From the NCBI GenBank assembly GCA_020445565.1, contig JAGRGI010000032.1:13294-77293 (forward strand): DNA of 64,000 nucleotides, given 5' to 3'. A program made the position numbers and the translations under genes. This DNA is from Chromatiales bacterium (GTDB taxonomy: Bacteria > Pseudomonadota > Gammaproteobacteria > JAGRCI01). Under the pieces are notes generated by a model. The model searched no databases. It was not told the DNA's origin and saw only the letters and a list, made by a program, of their open reading frames with translations. This document shows positions 29,976 to 40,845 of this stretch, piece by piece; the first letter of the stretch is position 1; each line of letters opens with the position of its first letter.

Positions 29976-30584
29976 TCAATTACCGGGTTTCATTTCAATT
30001 CGAATCGTCTTGATCGCCGGGCCGAGCAACCGCACCACATCCGGGTCATTGCGGCTTTTGGCCAGCAGGATGATCCCTTCCAGATAGGCCAGCATGGCCT
30101 CGCCCGTCAATTCGGCATCGAGGGGCGCGACAGCACCCAGCTCCACCGCCTCGCTCAGCGCCTCGCGAAAACTCTCGCTCGCCTTGCGAAACACGGCGTT
30201 GATCTTGGCGCGGATCACTTCATCCCGGGTGCTGACCTCCAGTGCCAGATTGCCGAACAGGCAGCCCGGCACCCGTCCCTCCAGATCCTTGGCGGCCTTC
30301 TGCCAGTAGTAGGCGGCATCGATGAGGTAATCCAAACGCTCCATGGGCGGGAGGTTCCTATCGAACGCCTCGGCCACGAAACCATGGGCCCATTCCTCGG
30401 CCATATCGTCGATCACCGCCATGGCCAAGTCTTGCTTGGACGGAAAGAAGTGATAGAAGCTCCCCTTCTGCACCTTGGCACTCTCACAGATCTCCTTGAT
30501 CCCCACATCCGCGTAACTGCGCCCGTGAAACAACTCCCGTGCAGTAACGAGGATGCGAGAGCGCGTATCGGTTTCGACTTTCAT
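29976..30584 (-). CDS. TetR/AcrR family transcriptional regulator
   Basis: N-terminal HTH (ILVTARELFHGRSYADVGIKEICESAKVQKGSFYHFFPSKQDL) plus a TetR-type C-terminal ligand domain. Confidence 0.85.
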   Translation of the reverse strand: MKVETDTRSRILVTARELFHGRSYADVGIKEICESAKVQKGSFYHFFPSKQDLAMAVIDDMAEEWAHGFVAEAFDRNLPPMERLDYLIDAAYYWQKAAKDLEGRVPGCLFGNLALEVSTRDEVIRAKINAVFRKASESFREALSEAVELGAVAPLDAELTGEAMLAYLEGIILLAKSRNDPDVVRLLGPAIKTIRIEMKPGN

Positions 30585-30593
30585 GGAACAGAG

Positions 30594-30622
30594 ACTATAT
30601 TAGACCGGTCGGTCTAGTCAAG
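30594..30622 (-). promoter_or_regulatory. sigma70-like promoter of tetR with embedded palindromic operator (TAGACCGGTCGGTCTA)
   Basis: Minus-strand reading: TTGACT, 16 nt, TATAGT. The 16-nt spacer is the near-perfect palindrome containing the same GACCGACCGGTC 12-mer. The ATG is only 9 nt after the -10, so the mRNA would be nearly leaderless. Confidence 0.55.
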
Positions 30623-30834
30623 AAACAAACGGAATGATCCATCGCTCAGCTTCCGATTTCAGCAACTGATCGATGCCGTGGAACACGATGGCTCCCTGCG
30701 CGGTAGCCTCCTCCGTACTTTTTGCACAACACAGCACAGGGGATCGCACCCTTGCAAAAGGCTGACGCGCTCATCGAAAGGCCCAATACTCAGCACGCGG
30801 CGGCTTCGAGGCTGTACCGGTAAAAGCACCGGTG

Positions 30835-32616
30835 CTACGGCGGAAACGCTGATATGTAACTCGCATACCAGAACGGCGATTCCGCTACGAGACCGTAAGC
30901 TATCATTACGGCTGCACGAACGTTCGAATCGAGCTTTTCCCCCTGTTTCGAGGAAAGGTTCAGCAAAACAGCAGCCGGCGATGGCATCGGGCCATCGCCG
31001 ACCGCGGGTTCGGCGGGTATCGCCGGGAGCAGGCTTTTCCCGCCAAGACGCCAGCCTTGCCTGGTATAGAAGGATTGCCAAGCCATATGCATCAAGCCCG
31101 CCGCTCTGTTCCGGCTTTCACGATCACCGGTGACCCTGGCCCAATCCGCGAGACCACGAGCGACATAGGCGAAGTCTTCCAGACCGGCTTCGCCGGCAGA
31201 GGCAAGATCGCGTCGGAGCGAATCGCCATCGGCAAACTTGTCCAGAAGCACTCTTTTCAGCCTTTCGCCATCAGCCCGGCTGCCCGAATCGATACCGGAT
31301 TCCACGGCCAATGCCAGGGCACTCAACACCAGGCCGTTCCAGGCGGCGATAACCTTATCGTCCGCCGGAAGTTGGCGCTTGGCTCTGGCAGCAAGCAGCT
31401 TGTCTCGGGCAGAAGTCATCAATGTTTTTTTCCCACCCTCCAAATTCCGGTTGGCGTCGCGCAGTATGGGTAGATGACCGGCCTCCAGGTAGCCAGGCCC
31501 CTGCATACCCCAAATCTGATTCACCAGATCCAGTTCCGCCTCGCTCAGCAGGTTTTGCAACTGTTGTTCGGTCCAGAGGTAATAACCGCCTTCCACGCCG
31601 GCGCCGTCCACGGCGGAAAAACTGGCGATGTAGCCTCCGTCCGGTGAGGCAAACTCCTTGATCAGGAACCGCAGTGTATCCCGCGCTATTTCCCGGTAAT
31701 CGGGTCGATTCAGATGCTTCGCGGCCGTCAGGTACAGTTCGATCATCTGTGCCTGGGTGTAGAGCATCTTCTCGAAGTGAGGCGTCTGCCAATTGGGGTC
31801 GACGGTGTAACGAAAGAACCCGCCCGCCAAATGATCGCGAAGCCCCTGGCTGGCCATGACATCCAAGGTGGTTTCCAGGAAATGCTTCAGCTCGGGGTTG
31901 TCGCCGGCTTCCAATATACCGAGCAAGGCCATCAACTGGGGGGTGGACGGAAACTTGTTCTGCTGGCCAAAACCACCGGCCAAAGGATCAGCCAACTCCA
32001 GAGCCTCCTTGCGGAGTGCCGCGCGAAGTTGCCTGGCGGCATCGTCGGGCGGTTCGATAGCTTCAACCTTGGGCTGGGCCAACACCTCGGCGGCCGCCTT
32101 TGCCAAGCCGGTCAACTGCGCTGATTCCGTTTTCCAGCGGGCGTCCAGTCGGGCGAGAAAGTCCAAGAAATTTTCCGGAGGCAGGTAGGTAAAACCCACC
32201 AGGGGGTAGCCTTGCGGGGTCAGTATCACGTTGAGCGGCCAGCCGGCCTGACCGTGGGTGCGGGTGACGAATTCGATCAGATAGGCGTCCAGTGCCGGCT
32301 GGAGTTCCCGGTCTATCTTCACGGCGATATACCGACCGTTGAGCAGCGCGGCGATAGCGGCATTGCGATAGGACTCGCGCTGCATCACATGGCACCAGTG
32401 ACAGGCGAAATAACCGCTGGAGATAAGGATCAGGCGATTTTCCTGTTGCGCCGCCTCCAACACCTCGGCATTCCAGTCCTGCCAATGGACCGGGTCCTGG
32501 CCGTGCATGGCCAGATAGGGTGACGGGTGATCGACCAGATCGTTGCGCCGCTCCTCGGCACTCGCCACGCTGTTCAAAAAGAGAATCAGCAGCACAGTCA
32601 GCGGCGCGGCTCGCAT
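30835..32616 (-). CDS. thioredoxin-domain protein of the YyaL/DUF255 family (exported)
   Basis: Signal peptide, DUF255 thioredoxin-like N-domain with CHWCHVM, then a six-hairpin glycosidase-like C-domain. Starts 11 nt after tatC. Confidence 0.8.
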   Translation of the reverse strand: MRAAPLTVLLILFLNSVASAEERRNDLVDHPSPYLAMHGQDPVHWQDWNAEVLEAAQQENRLILISSGYFACHWCHVMQRESYRNAAIAALLNGRYIAVKIDRELQPALDAYLIEFVTRTHGQAGWPLNVILTPQGYPLVGFTYLPPENFLDFLARLDARWKTESAQLTGLAKAAAEVLAQPKVEAIEPPDDAARQLRAALRKEALELADPLAGGFGQQNKFPSTPQLMALLGILEAGDNPELKHFLETTLDVMASQGLRDHLAGGFFRYTVDPNWQTPHFEKMLYTQAQMIELYLTAAKHLNRPDYREIARDTLRFLIKEFASPDGGYIASFSAVDGAGVEGGYYLWTEQQLQNLLSEAELDLVNQIWGMQGPGYLEAGHLPILRDANRNLEGGKKTLMTSARDKLLAARAKRQLPADDKVIAAWNGLVLSALALAVESGIDSGSRADGERLKRVLLDKFADGDSLRRDLASAGEAGLEDFAYVARGLADWARVTGDRESRNRAAGLMHMAWQSFYTRQGWRLGGKSLLPAIPAEPAVGDGPMPSPAAVLLNLSSKQGEKLDSNVRAAVMIAYGLVAESPFWYASYISAFPP

Positions 32617-32627
32617 GGCAGCTTCCC

Positions 32628-33593
32628 TCAGGTCTTGGGTTTGTCGTCGTCCTTTGGCACCTTCGTGCCCGGTTGCGCCTCTACCTCCATGGCGTCGAGC
32701 TCCGCCTCCATTTCTTCATCGGTCATGGGCCGCCAGCGTTCCGGATCCGCCAGCAGATCATCATTCGCACTCAGCCCCATGGCGCCAGCCCCGACGGCCG
32801 CTCCGGCATTGGCGCTTTCACGTGCTTCAGCCTCCCTTCGACGTTTCACCAGCAGACGCGAGAACAGCAGTCCGAGTTCGAACAGCAACCACATGGGCAG
32901 GGCCAGCAGCACCTGGGAAACCACATCGGGCGGTGTCAGCAGCATACCGATCACGAAAGCGCCAACGATCACATAGGGGCGTTTGTTAACCAGATTCTCC
33001 GGGGTGGTGATGCCCATGGCGACCAATACGAAGGTGGCGATGGGTACCTCGAAGGCGACGCCGAAGGCAAAGAACAGGGTGAGGACGAAATCCAGGTAGC
33101 GGTTGATATCCGTCATCATGGTGACGCCATCCGGGGTGGTGCTGGCCATGAAACCGAACACCAATGGAAAGACGACGAAGTACGCGAAGGCCATGCCGAT
33201 ATAGAACAAGGCCGTGCTGGATACCAATACCGGCAGCGCCAGTCGGCGCTCGTGCTTGTAAAGCCCGGGGGCGACGAAGGACCAGAGTTGGTGAAGAATC
33301 ACCGGCACCGCCAGAAAGATGGACAGCACCATGGCCAGTTTGAACGGTGTCAAAAAGGGCGAGGCCACATCGATGGCCACCATGCTGGAACCCGCCGGAA
33401 GGGCGGCCTGCAGCGGTCCGGCAAGCGAGGTGTAGATCGTGTTGGCGAAGGGGAACAGGCAGACAAAAATCACCAAAACGGCCAGCACGGCCCGCAATAG
33501 CCGATCGCGCAACTCCACCAGATGGGAAAGGAAGGGTTGCGCAGCGTCGACGTTGTACTTGTCCTTACCCTCCATGGTCGCTCTCGCCGGCAC
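32628..33593 (-). CDS. tatC: twin-arginine translocase subunit TatC
   Basis: Six-TM TatC core ([20 protein letters not shown]...) with an acidic C-terminal extension of about 70 aa. Overlaps the end of tatB. Confidence 0.9.
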   Translation of the reverse strand: MPARATMEGKDKYNVDAAQPFLSHLVELRDRLLRAVLAVLVIFVCLFPFANTIYTSLAGPLQAALPAGSSMVAIDVASPFLTPFKLAMVLSIFLAVPVILHQLWSFVAPGLYKHERRLALPVLVSSTALFYIGMAFAYFVVFPLVFGFMASTTPDGVTMMTDINRYLDFVLTLFFAFGVAFEVPIATFVLVAMGITTPENLVNKRPYVIVGAFVIGMLLTPPDVVSQVLLALPMWLLFELGLLFSRLLVKRRREAEARESANAGAAVGAGAMGLSANDDLLADPERWRPMTDEEMEAELDAMEVEAQPGTKVPKDDDKPKT

Positions 33594-33957
33594 TCTTGGC
33601 GGGCTCAGGTTTCTTGGCCTGCGTCTGTGGCGACTCCGCCTCTGGCTGCGGTTTGGGATCGGGGGAGGTACTGTTTACGATGTGCCCGGCCTGTTTGGCT
33701 TCACGAAAGGCGCTGGAGGTCTCCTCAATGATCTCCTTGAATTCCTGAGGGCCGCCGCTGTTCTTGTTGAGGATGGACTTCAGCTCCTCGGCACGCATCT
33801 CACGATCAATATCGTTCTTTACATTGCTGATGAAGCGCTGGGCACGGCCGAACCAGAAGCCCGCGGTGCGTGCCAGTCTCGGCAGCCGTTCAGGGCCGAC
33901 CACCAGTAGGGCGACGACGCCGATCAGCAACAATTCCCAGAATCCGATATCAAACAT
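33565..33957 (-). CDS. tatB: twin-arginine translocase subunit TatB
   Basis: [27 protein letters not shown]-terminus is canonical for TatA/B. Length (130 aa) and Pro/Glu-rich tail fit TatB. Confidence 0.85.
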   Translation of the reverse strand: MFDIGFWELLLIGVVALLVVGPERLPRLARTAGFWFGRAQRFISNVKNDIDREMRAEELKSILNKNSGGPQEFKEIIEETSSAFREAKQAGHIVNSTSPDPKPQPEAESPQTQAKKPEPAKSAGESDHGG

Positions 33958-34017
33958 AGGGGCAAGCGGTCAGCGCCGCGATGCGGATGGAAGAGGCATC
34001 AGAGTGGTATTCCGGTC

Positions 34018-34224
34018 TCAGACCTTCCCATTGTCCTTACTGCCCTCTATGGCCTTCGGGTCGCCGTCTTTGGCGCTGTCGGAGGATTCACCCTCTTTGA
34101 CGGCGGTTCGGAAGCTCTTGATGGCCGAACCCATATCCGAGCCGATGTTCTTCAGCTTTTTGGTGCCAAACAACAACAGGACGATGATCAGGATGATAAA
34201 AAGCTCTAGGGGGCCGAAACTCAT
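34018..34224 (-). CDS. tatA: twin-arginine translocase subunit TatA
   Basis: Start at [24 protein letters not shown]. 68 aa. Confidence 0.85.
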   Translation of the reverse strand: MSFGPLELFIILIIVLLLFGTKKLKNIGSDMGSAIKSFRTAVKEGESSDSAKDGDPKAIEGSKDNGKV

Positions 34225-34519
34225 GGGGTTCCTCCACGGATGTGGCAATTCTCGCTCAGTGGCCGGGCCCTGTGGCCCGTTGGCTCTGGTACGGGTGCGT
34301 TAGTGATAAGCTGAATCGCCCGTACATTGTTGGTGTTGGTCTTCGGCCCGGTATTACAGGGCGCAGCTGGCGCATAGCGCGGCGTGCGAATGATACCGTA
34401 ACTACCGGGAACCCGCACCAGGGTACGCTGACGAGACAACATCGTTTGAGCCGAGCTTGCTCGCAAGGTAGTCAATGGCTGGGTTCAGATGAATTGGACA
34501 ACACGCCAATGGCCTTGAT

Positions 34520-34840
34520 TCACTGCGCGCGCGACGCCTTTTCCTCGATACCGGAGAGACCGAAGCGGCGGTCCAGTTCAGCCAGGACCTGAGCGGGTTT
34601 CAGGTCCAAGGCGGCAAGCATCACCAAGGTATGAAACCAAAGATCGGCGGTTTCGTAGATCACCTGCTCAGGGTCGGCGTCCTTGGCGGCAATAACGGTC
34701 TCCGTTGCCTCTTCGCCGATCTTCTTCAGTATCTTGTCCAAGCCCTTGGCATACAGAGCGGCCACGTAGGAGCTATCGGGGTCGGCCTGCTTGCGACTCT
34801 CCAAGACCTCGGCCAACCGATCCAAGATGTCATTGCTCAT
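34520..34840 (-). CDS. hisE: phosphoribosyl-ATP pyrophosphatase
   Basis: 106-aa MazG-like HisE (LAEVLESRK...[18 protein letters not shown]...[14 protein letters not shown]). Confidence 0.9.
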   Translation of the reverse strand: MSNDILDRLAEVLESRKQADPDSSYVAALYAKGLDKILKKIGEEATETVIAAKDADPEQVIYETADLWFHTLVMLAALDLKPAQVLAELDRRFGLSGIEEKASRAQ

Positions 34841-34844
34841 ATGC

Positions 34845-35549
34845 CTACTCGCCCAGCTCGGTGGCTTTGGCCAATTCCTGCTTCAAAACAGCAACACCCA
34901 CGGGGGGCTGGGTGTCGCGGCGCGCAAAGATGGCTGCCGCGGTAATGTCCGAGCTATCGTAAAAGGCGGAGTTGGCACCGGCATCGATTTCCAGCACCGA
35001 GCCTTCCAGGGACACCCCGGCGAACAGGCCACGGCTTCGGGAATAGGAGTAGATTTCCGACTTCAGCCTGGCGTCAGTGGCCGCTTCAGCCGATCGACCC
35101 ACCGGCCCGGCCGCCACATTGGCGTCGGCCCCCAAGGTAAATTTGCCGTTGGCCAGATTCTCCACACTCTTGCTGCTCTTGAACACCAGGATAACGTCGG
35201 TGGATTGCACGCCGATCTGAAAACCCAGACTGCCGGCGCTCAGGGTGATGAACGCCGGGTCGGACCAGCCAGTGCCTTCGTTCTTTACCATCACTACGCC
35301 CCGACCGTGGGCCCCACCCACCAGGAAACCGGCCTTGACCATTCCGGGCACGATGACAATACCCCCCGCCCGACTCAACAGCCTTGGGGGGATGGCTTGC
35401 TCGGGGATTCGCTGAATTTCGTGCAGCACCTCTGCAGCGTCGCTCAAGATCTGACGCTGATCTTCGACCTGCGCACGAACCTGGCCGAGCCACAGACAGG
35501 CAGACAAAACCGCAACCACCAAGGATGACAAAACACGACCGATGCTCAT
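34845..35549 (-). CDS. SYLF (DUF500/Ysc84-like) domain lipid-binding protein, exported
   Basis: Signal peptide [24 protein letters not shown]-domain Gly-rich repeats ([27 protein letters not shown]...[13 protein letters not shown]). Sits between hisI and hisE. Confidence 0.7.
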   Translation of the reverse strand: MSIGRVLSSLVVAVLSACLWLGQVRAQVEDQRQILSDAAEVLHEIQRIPEQAIPPRLLSRAGGIVIVPGMVKAGFLVGGAHGRGVVMVKNEGTGWSDPAFITLSAGSLGFQIGVQSTDVILVFKSSKSVENLANGKFTLGADANVAAGPVGRSAEAATDARLKSEIYSYSRSRGLFAGVSLEGSVLEIDAGANSAFYDSSDITAAAIFARRDTQPPVGVAVLKQELAKATELGE

Positions 35550-35941
35550 CGATAGATCTCCTTGGGATCCTTGATCACCGGTTCCACGGTGACCCAACGG
35601 CCCCCCTCCAAACGCTGAAAGAAGCAATTGTGTCGGCCGGTATGGCAGGCGATGCCACCCTTTTGTTCCACCTCGGCAAGGATCACGTCGTTGTCGCAAT
35701 CCAGCCTCAACTGTTTAACCACCTGCTGGTTGCCGGATTCCTCGCCCTTGTGCCAGAGCTTGCCGCGGCTGCGGGACCAGTAAACCATATGGCCGTTCTG
35801 CTGGGTCAGGCGCAGGGCATCGCGGTTCATCCAGGCGAACATCAGGACCTTGCCGGTGCCGGTTTCCTGGGCGATGACGGGTACCAGTCCCTCGGCGGTC
35901 CATTTGATCTCATCCAGCCAGGCGTCGCTCACTTCGGCCAC
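35546..35941 (-). CDS. hisI: phosphoribosyl-AMP cyclohydrolase
   Basis: 131-aa HisI with conserved Cys ligands ([11 protein letters not shown]) and the VPVIAQ...MFAWMNR..L block. Confidence 0.9.
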   Translation of the reverse strand: MAEVSDAWLDEIKWTAEGLVPVIAQETGTGKVLMFAWMNRDALRLTQQNGHMVYWSRSRGKLWHKGEESGNQQVVKQLRLDCDNDVILAEVEQKGGIACHTGRHNCFFQRLEGGRWVTVEPVIKDPKEIYR

Positions 35942-35949
35942 CTCGTCGC

Positions 35950-36723
35950 TCAGAGTCGCACTTCGATACCGGCCTCGGCCATGTGCTGTTTGGCCTGGCC
36001 GATGGAGTACTCGCCGAAGTGGAAGATGCTGGCCGCCAACACCGCATCGGCATGGCCCTTGGTGATACCGTCGACCAAGTGATCCAGGTTGCCGACCCCG
36101 CCGGAGGCGATCACCGGGATATGTACGGCAGCACTGACTGCGGCGGTCAGCGGCAGGTTGAACCCGCGCTTGGTGCCGTCACGATCCATGCTGGTGAGCA
36201 GGATCTCTCCGGCGCCATACTCCTGCATTTTCACAGCCCACGCCAGTGCGTCGATGCCGGTAGGCTTCCGGCCGCCGTGGGTGAAGATTTCCCAACGCGG
36301 CGCCTCGTCCTCGGCGCTGACGGTCTTGGCATCAATGGACACCACGATGCACTGCGAACCGAATCGTTCCGCCGCCTCGCGCACGAAATCGGGATTGAAG
36401 ATCGCCGCGGTATTGATGCCCACCTTGTCGGCACCGGCATTGAGCATACGGCGGATATCGTCCGTTGTACGAATGCCTCCGCCTACGGTGAGAGGGATAA
36501 ACACTTCACCGGCGACCTGCTCGACCACATGCGCCATGGTCTCACGCTCGTCAGAACTGGCGGTAATATCCAGGAAGGTGATCTCATCTGCGCCCTCCTG
36601 ATCATACCGCCGGGCAATCTCTACCGGGTCACCAGCGTCACGGATATCGACGAACTGGACACCCTTGACCACACGGCCCGCATCGACATCCAGACAGGGG
36701 ATGATGCGTTTCGCCAAGGCCAT
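35950..36723 (-). CDS. hisF: imidazole glycerol phosphate synthase cyclase subunit
   Basis: Start at [24 protein letters not shown]-barrel HisF motifs throughout. The track's upstream extension would overlap hisA. Confidence 0.9.
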   Translation of the reverse strand: MALAKRIIPCLDVDAGRVVKGVQFVDIRDAGDPVEIARRYDQEGADEITFLDITASSDERETMAHVVEQVAGEVFIPLTVGGGIRTTDDIRRMLNAGADKVGINTAAIFNPDFVREAAERFGSQCIVVSIDAKTVSAEDEAPRWEIFTHGGRKPTGIDALAWAVKMQEYGAGEILLTSMDRDGTKRGFNLPLTAAVSAAVHIPVIASGGVGNLDHLVDGITKGHADAVLAASIFHFGEYSIGQAKQHMAEAGIEVRL

Positions 36724-36724
36724 G

Positions 36725-37456
36725 TCAATACTGCTCCGCCAGACGCTGACCTTCGGCGAAATCCAGGGTGCCCTCATAGATAGCACGGCCGGTAATGGCG
36801 CCCAGGATGCCATCTTCCCGTGCCTCTCCAAGGGCGCGAACGTCATCCAGATTGGTGACGCCACCGGCGGCGATCACCGGGATACGGATGGCAGCGGCCA
36901 AGCGCGCGGTCGCCTCCACGTTCACACCATTCATCATGCCGTCGCGGCTGATGTCGGTGTAGATGATGGCCTCGACGCCGTCTTCTTCAAAGTGTTGGGC
37001 CAAGTCGATGACATCGTGCTTGGAGAGTTTGGACCAACCGTCGATGGCGACACGTCCGTCCTTGGCGTCCAGGCCCACCAGAATGTGTCCGGGAAACTCC
37101 AGACAGACATCGCGTACGAAATGTGGCGCAGAAACTGCCTTGGTGCCGATGATGACGTAATTCACGCCAGCATCCAGATAAGCCTGTATGGTGTCTTCGT
37201 CACGAATTCCACCACCGACCTGGATCGGCAGATCTGGATACTTTTCGCAGATGCGATGAATCACGTCGGCATTCATGGGCTTGCCTTCAATGGCGCCGTT
37301 GAGGTCGACGATATGCAGGCGCTTGGCACCCTCCTCCACCCAACGATCGGCCATGCTGACCGGATCATCGGCGAATACCGTTTCCAGGTCCATCTTGCCC
37401 TGCCGCAGGCGCACGCACTTGCCGTCTTTCAGGTCAATGGCGGGTATCAGCAACAT
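36725..37456 (-). CDS. hisA: 1-(5-phosphoribosyl)-5-[(5-phosphoribosylamino)methylideneamino]imidazole-4-carboxamide isomerase
   Basis: [17 protein letters not shown]... 243-aa HisA. Confidence 0.9.
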   Translation of the reverse strand: MLLIPAIDLKDGKCVRLRQGKMDLETVFADDPVSMADRWVEEGAKRLHIVDLNGAIEGKPMNADVIHRICEKYPDLPIQVGGGIRDEDTIQAYLDAGVNYVIIGTKAVSAPHFVRDVCLEFPGHILVGLDAKDGRVAIDGWSKLSKHDVIDLAQHFEEDGVEAIIYTDISRDGMMNGVNVEATARLAAAIRIPVIAAGGVTNLDDVRALGEAREDGILGAITGRAIYEGTLDFAEGQRLAEQY

Positions 37457-37484
37457 TTTTCAATCCCATCCAGATATCGGGGTT

Positions 37485-38147
37485 TCAGGGTTGGCCGTCC
37501 CAGGCGGCGAAATTTGCCAGCAGACGCAGGCCGGCGTGCTGGCTCTTCTCCGGGTGAAACTGCACCGCGAACAGGCTGTCGCGGGCTACGGCCGCGGCAA
37601 ATTCACGGCTGTATTCGGCGGCACCCACGGTGTCGTCCGGGTTCGCCGGTTCGACGTAGTAGCTGTGCACGAAATAGAATCGGTCGTTGTCCGGGATACC
37701 CTGCCACAGGGGATGCTCGCGCCTGTGCCGGACCTGGTTCCAACCCATGTGCGGCACCTTGAGGATCTCACCGCTGGTCGGGTCCCTGGGACGCTCACCA
37801 AAATAGCGCACCTCGCCCTCGATAATGCCCAGACAAGGGATGCCGCCATTTTCCTCGCTGTGGTCCAGCAGGGCCTGCATCCCCAGACAAATACCCAGAA
37901 AGGGCTTTTCGCTGGCGGCCGAGCGAATGGTTTCGACGAGGTCGTAACGCTTCAATTCCGCCATACAGTCGCGGATCGCACCGACACCGGGAAACACCAC
38001 CCGATCGGCATCGCGGATTCGGCCATGGTCGGCGGTAACCTCCACCCTGGCGTCGGGGGCGGCATGCTCCAGGGCCTTGGATATGGAGTGCAGATTACCC
38101 ATTCCGTAGTCGATGATGGCGATGGATGTCATGTCGGCGCTCGGCAA
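37485..38147 (-). CDS. hisH: imidazole glycerol phosphate synthase glutaminase subunit
   Basis: Class-I GATase with catalytic GICLGMQ and C-terminal H/E. The start may be the internal ATG at 38132 ([14 protein letters not shown]). Confidence 0.9.
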   Translation of the reverse strand: MPSADMTSIAIIDYGMGNLHSISKALEHAAPDARVEVTADHGRIRDADRVVFPGVGAIRDCMAELKRYDLVETIRSAASEKPFLGICLGMQALLDHSEENGGIPCLGIIEGEVRYFGERPRDPTSGEILKVPHMGWNQVRHRREHPLWQGIPDNDRFYFVHSYYVEPANPDDTVGAAEYSREFAAAVARDSLFAVQFHPEKSQHAGLRLLANFAAWDGQP

Positions 38148-38168
38148 TAGGGCGAGAAAATCAATAGA

Positions 38169-38762
38169 TTACAGGCTGCCCTTGGTGGACGGCAGTATGC
38201 CGCTCATGCGCGGATCCGGCTCGGCGGCCATCCGCAGCGCTCGGCCAAAGGCCTTGAACACGGTCTCGGCAATATGGTGGGTATTGCGCCCCTTGAGATT
38301 GTCGATATGCAGGGTCGCCTGAGCATGATTCACGAAGCCCTGGAAAAACTCGTGAAACAGTTCCGTATCGAACTGACCGAGGCGTGCAGCGAGATAACTG
38401 ACATCGTGCTCCAGACCGGGGCGGCCGGAAAAATCCACCACCACGCGGGAAAGCGCCTCATCCAGCGGCACATAGGCGTGGCCGTAGCGACGAATGCCTT
38501 TTTTGTCACCCAGGGCCTGACGGAAGGCCTGGCCGAGGGTAATGCCAATATCTTCCACCGTGTGGTGATCATCTATATGGCGGTCGCCGTTGGCGACGAT
38601 GCTGAGGTCGAACATGCCATGGCGGGCAACCTGATCCAGCATGTGTTCCAAAAATGGAACACCGGTCTCAAAGGAAGACTTACCGGTCCCATCCAGGTCG
38701 ATTTCGACCGTGATCTGGGTCTCCAGGGTGTCCCGCTGCACTCTGGCGCTACGCTGTATCAT
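38169..38762 (-). CDS. hisB: imidazoleglycerol-phosphate dehydratase
   Basis: Start at [17 protein letters not shown]. Conserved HHxxE metal-binding blocks ([11 protein letters not shown]; HIAETVFKA). 197 aa, monofunctional type. Confidence 0.9.
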   Translation of the reverse strand: MIQRSARVQRDTLETQITVEIDLDGTGKSSFETGVPFLEHMLDQVARHGMFDLSIVANGDRHIDDHHTVEDIGITLGQAFRQALGDKKGIRRYGHAYVPLDEALSRVVVDFSGRPGLEHDVSYLAARLGQFDTELFHEFFQGFVNHAQATLHIDNLKGRNTHHIAETVFKAFGRALRMAAEPDPRMSGILPSTKGSL

Positions 38763-39322
38763 CACTTGCTGGACTGAAAGAACAAAGGATTGTCTAGGAT
38801 AGCACCAAACCTTCCTGGCAACTATTTGTACGACGCACTGACTGGGAAAAAGCGAACGATCAGGCAACCGGACTCCGCCAAATGGGTACGGCAGCACAGT
38901 AGCCCCCCGAGAGGGCGAAAAAGGCGAAGAAATGGAGACCACCACGCCAAGAAAATCAGGGCATGCTAATTTTCTTCACAACGGGCAGATGTTTCCCTTA
39001 TAATTCAGGGTTACGTGGGCACGCGAGCAATTGCATCGTGACCCTTGAATTCTTCGTCCAGTGCTCTCGATCAAGAGTGCGGTGAGTCCATATCCCGGGC
39101 CTTATTCTCTGTGACAATCAGCCATACAGACGGGGCACCGCATAGAGGCGGTTCCTGCCCGGTGGCTTGCTTGTTGCCTGCGGGGTGGACAGTGAAACTC
39201 AAGAGCCTTGCACGAAGCGTTCTCACCGCTGCAATGCCGGGTATGCCAGCGTCCTCGGTGAAGCGGCGATTTGCGCGAAACACTACTGATTTTTAACATT
39301 TTTCGAAATAGAGGAGAACCAT

Positions 39323-40093
39323 GTGGGTGAAGCGGATTTAGAAGTCGAGCTCAAGGTTTGGAAAGAGCTTGCCGTCGCGAAACAGATCTTGATCGCCACG
39401 GCCACCGATGCCCTCGGGCTGGACCCGGACTGTCCCCCAGAGGAATTGCGTGCCGCCCTGGACAAGGCCATCAAGCGCTCCATCGAGGCCGACGTTCGCG
39501 TCAAAGACGCCCAGGATCAGGCCAGGACCGCGGTGGCGGTTATGGAAAAAAAGGCGTCGGATAGCGAAAAGGCCCGCAACAAGGCCGAAGCGGAACTGAA
39601 CGAAATCCGCGAAACCCAGAAGGACTCCGATCAGAACATGGCCGGGGAACGTGCCCTTCATGCCAAGGAGATGCAGAAGATCAAGACCGACCTGGCTGCC
39701 CGGCAGGACGAACTCAAGGCCATAAACGTGGCCCTGGCCGATACGCCTCAAAACGTCGTCAAAAAGCTGAAGAAACTCAAGAAAGAGAAGCTGGACGAGT
39801 CCGCGGCGCGCCAACAGGCCGAAGCCCTGTCCCGTACCCTGCGAAAGGAAAAGCAGGAGCTGGACAAGGAGTTGAAGCAGGCCCAGGCTGACCTGAAAGA
39901 GGCCGGCAAACTGGCCAAGGGTTTTCGTGATCTGCACAAACAGTGCGGCGATCAGTACTACCAGCTCAAGGAGCTGGTGGAAGACGCCAGCTCTCTGGCA
40001 GAGGTCACCGCACTGGATGAGGGGCTGCTGGAACGCATCGAGAAGGCCGCCGGTATCGAGGAAGAGAAGGAAGAAGAGGCGAAACAGGCATAG
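39323..40093 (+). CDS. coiled-coil hypothetical protein
   Basis: 256 aa, almost entirely heptad-like charged helix (KKLKKLKKEKLDE...). GTG start 6 nt after a GAGGAG RBS. Preceded by about 375 nt of non-coding sequence. Confidence 0.45.
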   Translation: MGEADLEVELKVWKELAVAKQILIATATDALGLDPDCPPEELRAALDKAIKRSIEADVRVKDAQDQARTAVAVMEKKASDSEKARNKAEAELNEIRETQKDSDQNMAGERALHAKEMQKIKTDLAARQDELKAINVALADTPQNVVKKLKKLKKEKLDESAARQQAEALSRTLRKEKQELDKELKQAQADLKEAGKLAKGFRDLHKQCGDQYYQLKELVEDASSLAEVTALDEGLLERIEKAAGIEEEKEEEAKQA

Positions 40094-40287
40094 CTCGGGT
40101 TTCATTGCCATGCCGATGCCCGTGCCTACGCCTGTCTTGAAGCCTCACGGTGCCCGGCAAACCGTGAGGCATACGGGCCTCGCAAGCCAACCTCCATCAC
40201 CGGAAAACCCGGCAAAGGGAGGTCTGCGGCAATGAAAGCCGTACCAAGCCTCCAGAGAAGATTTCCTCTGCAACTTCCTGACTGGAT

Positions 40288-40845
40288 TCAGCTGGGCTCC
40301 CCGGTATAGAAATCGGGCCAGAAATCCCGTACCACTGGGCTGTCACCCGCCAGAGCATGGCAGGTACCGACTATGCCTTTCCCCTGACCAGGGGCATCCG
40401 GTCGGTGTCCATCGGACCTGACACCGTAGATCGTCTGAAAGGCGGCCGTCGCCATTTGTGGCAACAATTCATTGAGGTGGGTACAGCCAGCCACACCCCC
40501 GAGCCGGTCTCGTGCCTTGCGATTGAAACCCGGACCAACGCGCAGACCCACCAGTTTTTCGTAGGCTGGCCCGATGGCCGGGCAAATCGCAAAGGGCGAA
40601 TGATCGGTAACGGCTTCCGCAGCGCGTATCACCAGCCCCTCATCGAGGGTTAACCGCAGCCACATCTCATGAAGCGGCTCTCCCGTTGCGATCTCTCCCC
40701 CTCTATCACGATTCGGAAGCGGAAAAGGTTTGGTGTCCACCAAATGCCCTTCTATATCCCATAGTCCGTCCTGCCGTTGGTAGCCGTCGCATTGGATTCG
40801 GCGTTTGTGCATGGCGGTACGCTGATTTGGAACAGAGAGTGGCAT
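40288..40845 (-). CDS. DUF2889 family protein
   Basis: 185 aa with the motifs I recall for DUF2889 (GCTHLNELL; HALAGDSPV). Assignment is from memory of the family. Confidence 0.55.
   Translation of the reverse strand: MPLSVPNQRTAMHKRRIQCDGYQRQDGLWDIEGHLVDTKPFPLPNRDRGGEIATGEPLHEMWLRLTLDEGLVIRAAEAVTDHSPFAICPAIGPAYEKLVGLRVGPGFNRKARDRLGGVAGCTHLNELLPQMATAAFQTIYGVRSDGHRPDAPGQGKGIVGTCHALAGDSPVVRDFWPDFYTGEPS

Noticed and set aside
38946-39322. Possible structured RNA (tmRNA, RNase P, 6S, SRP) in the 377-nt gap after the his operon
   Set aside because: The length is suggestive of tmRNA, but none of the conserved signatures were found (tRNA-like GGGG...CCACCA ends, the SRP GGAAGCAGC motif, RNase P P4). 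Left as an unexplained UTR in the findings.
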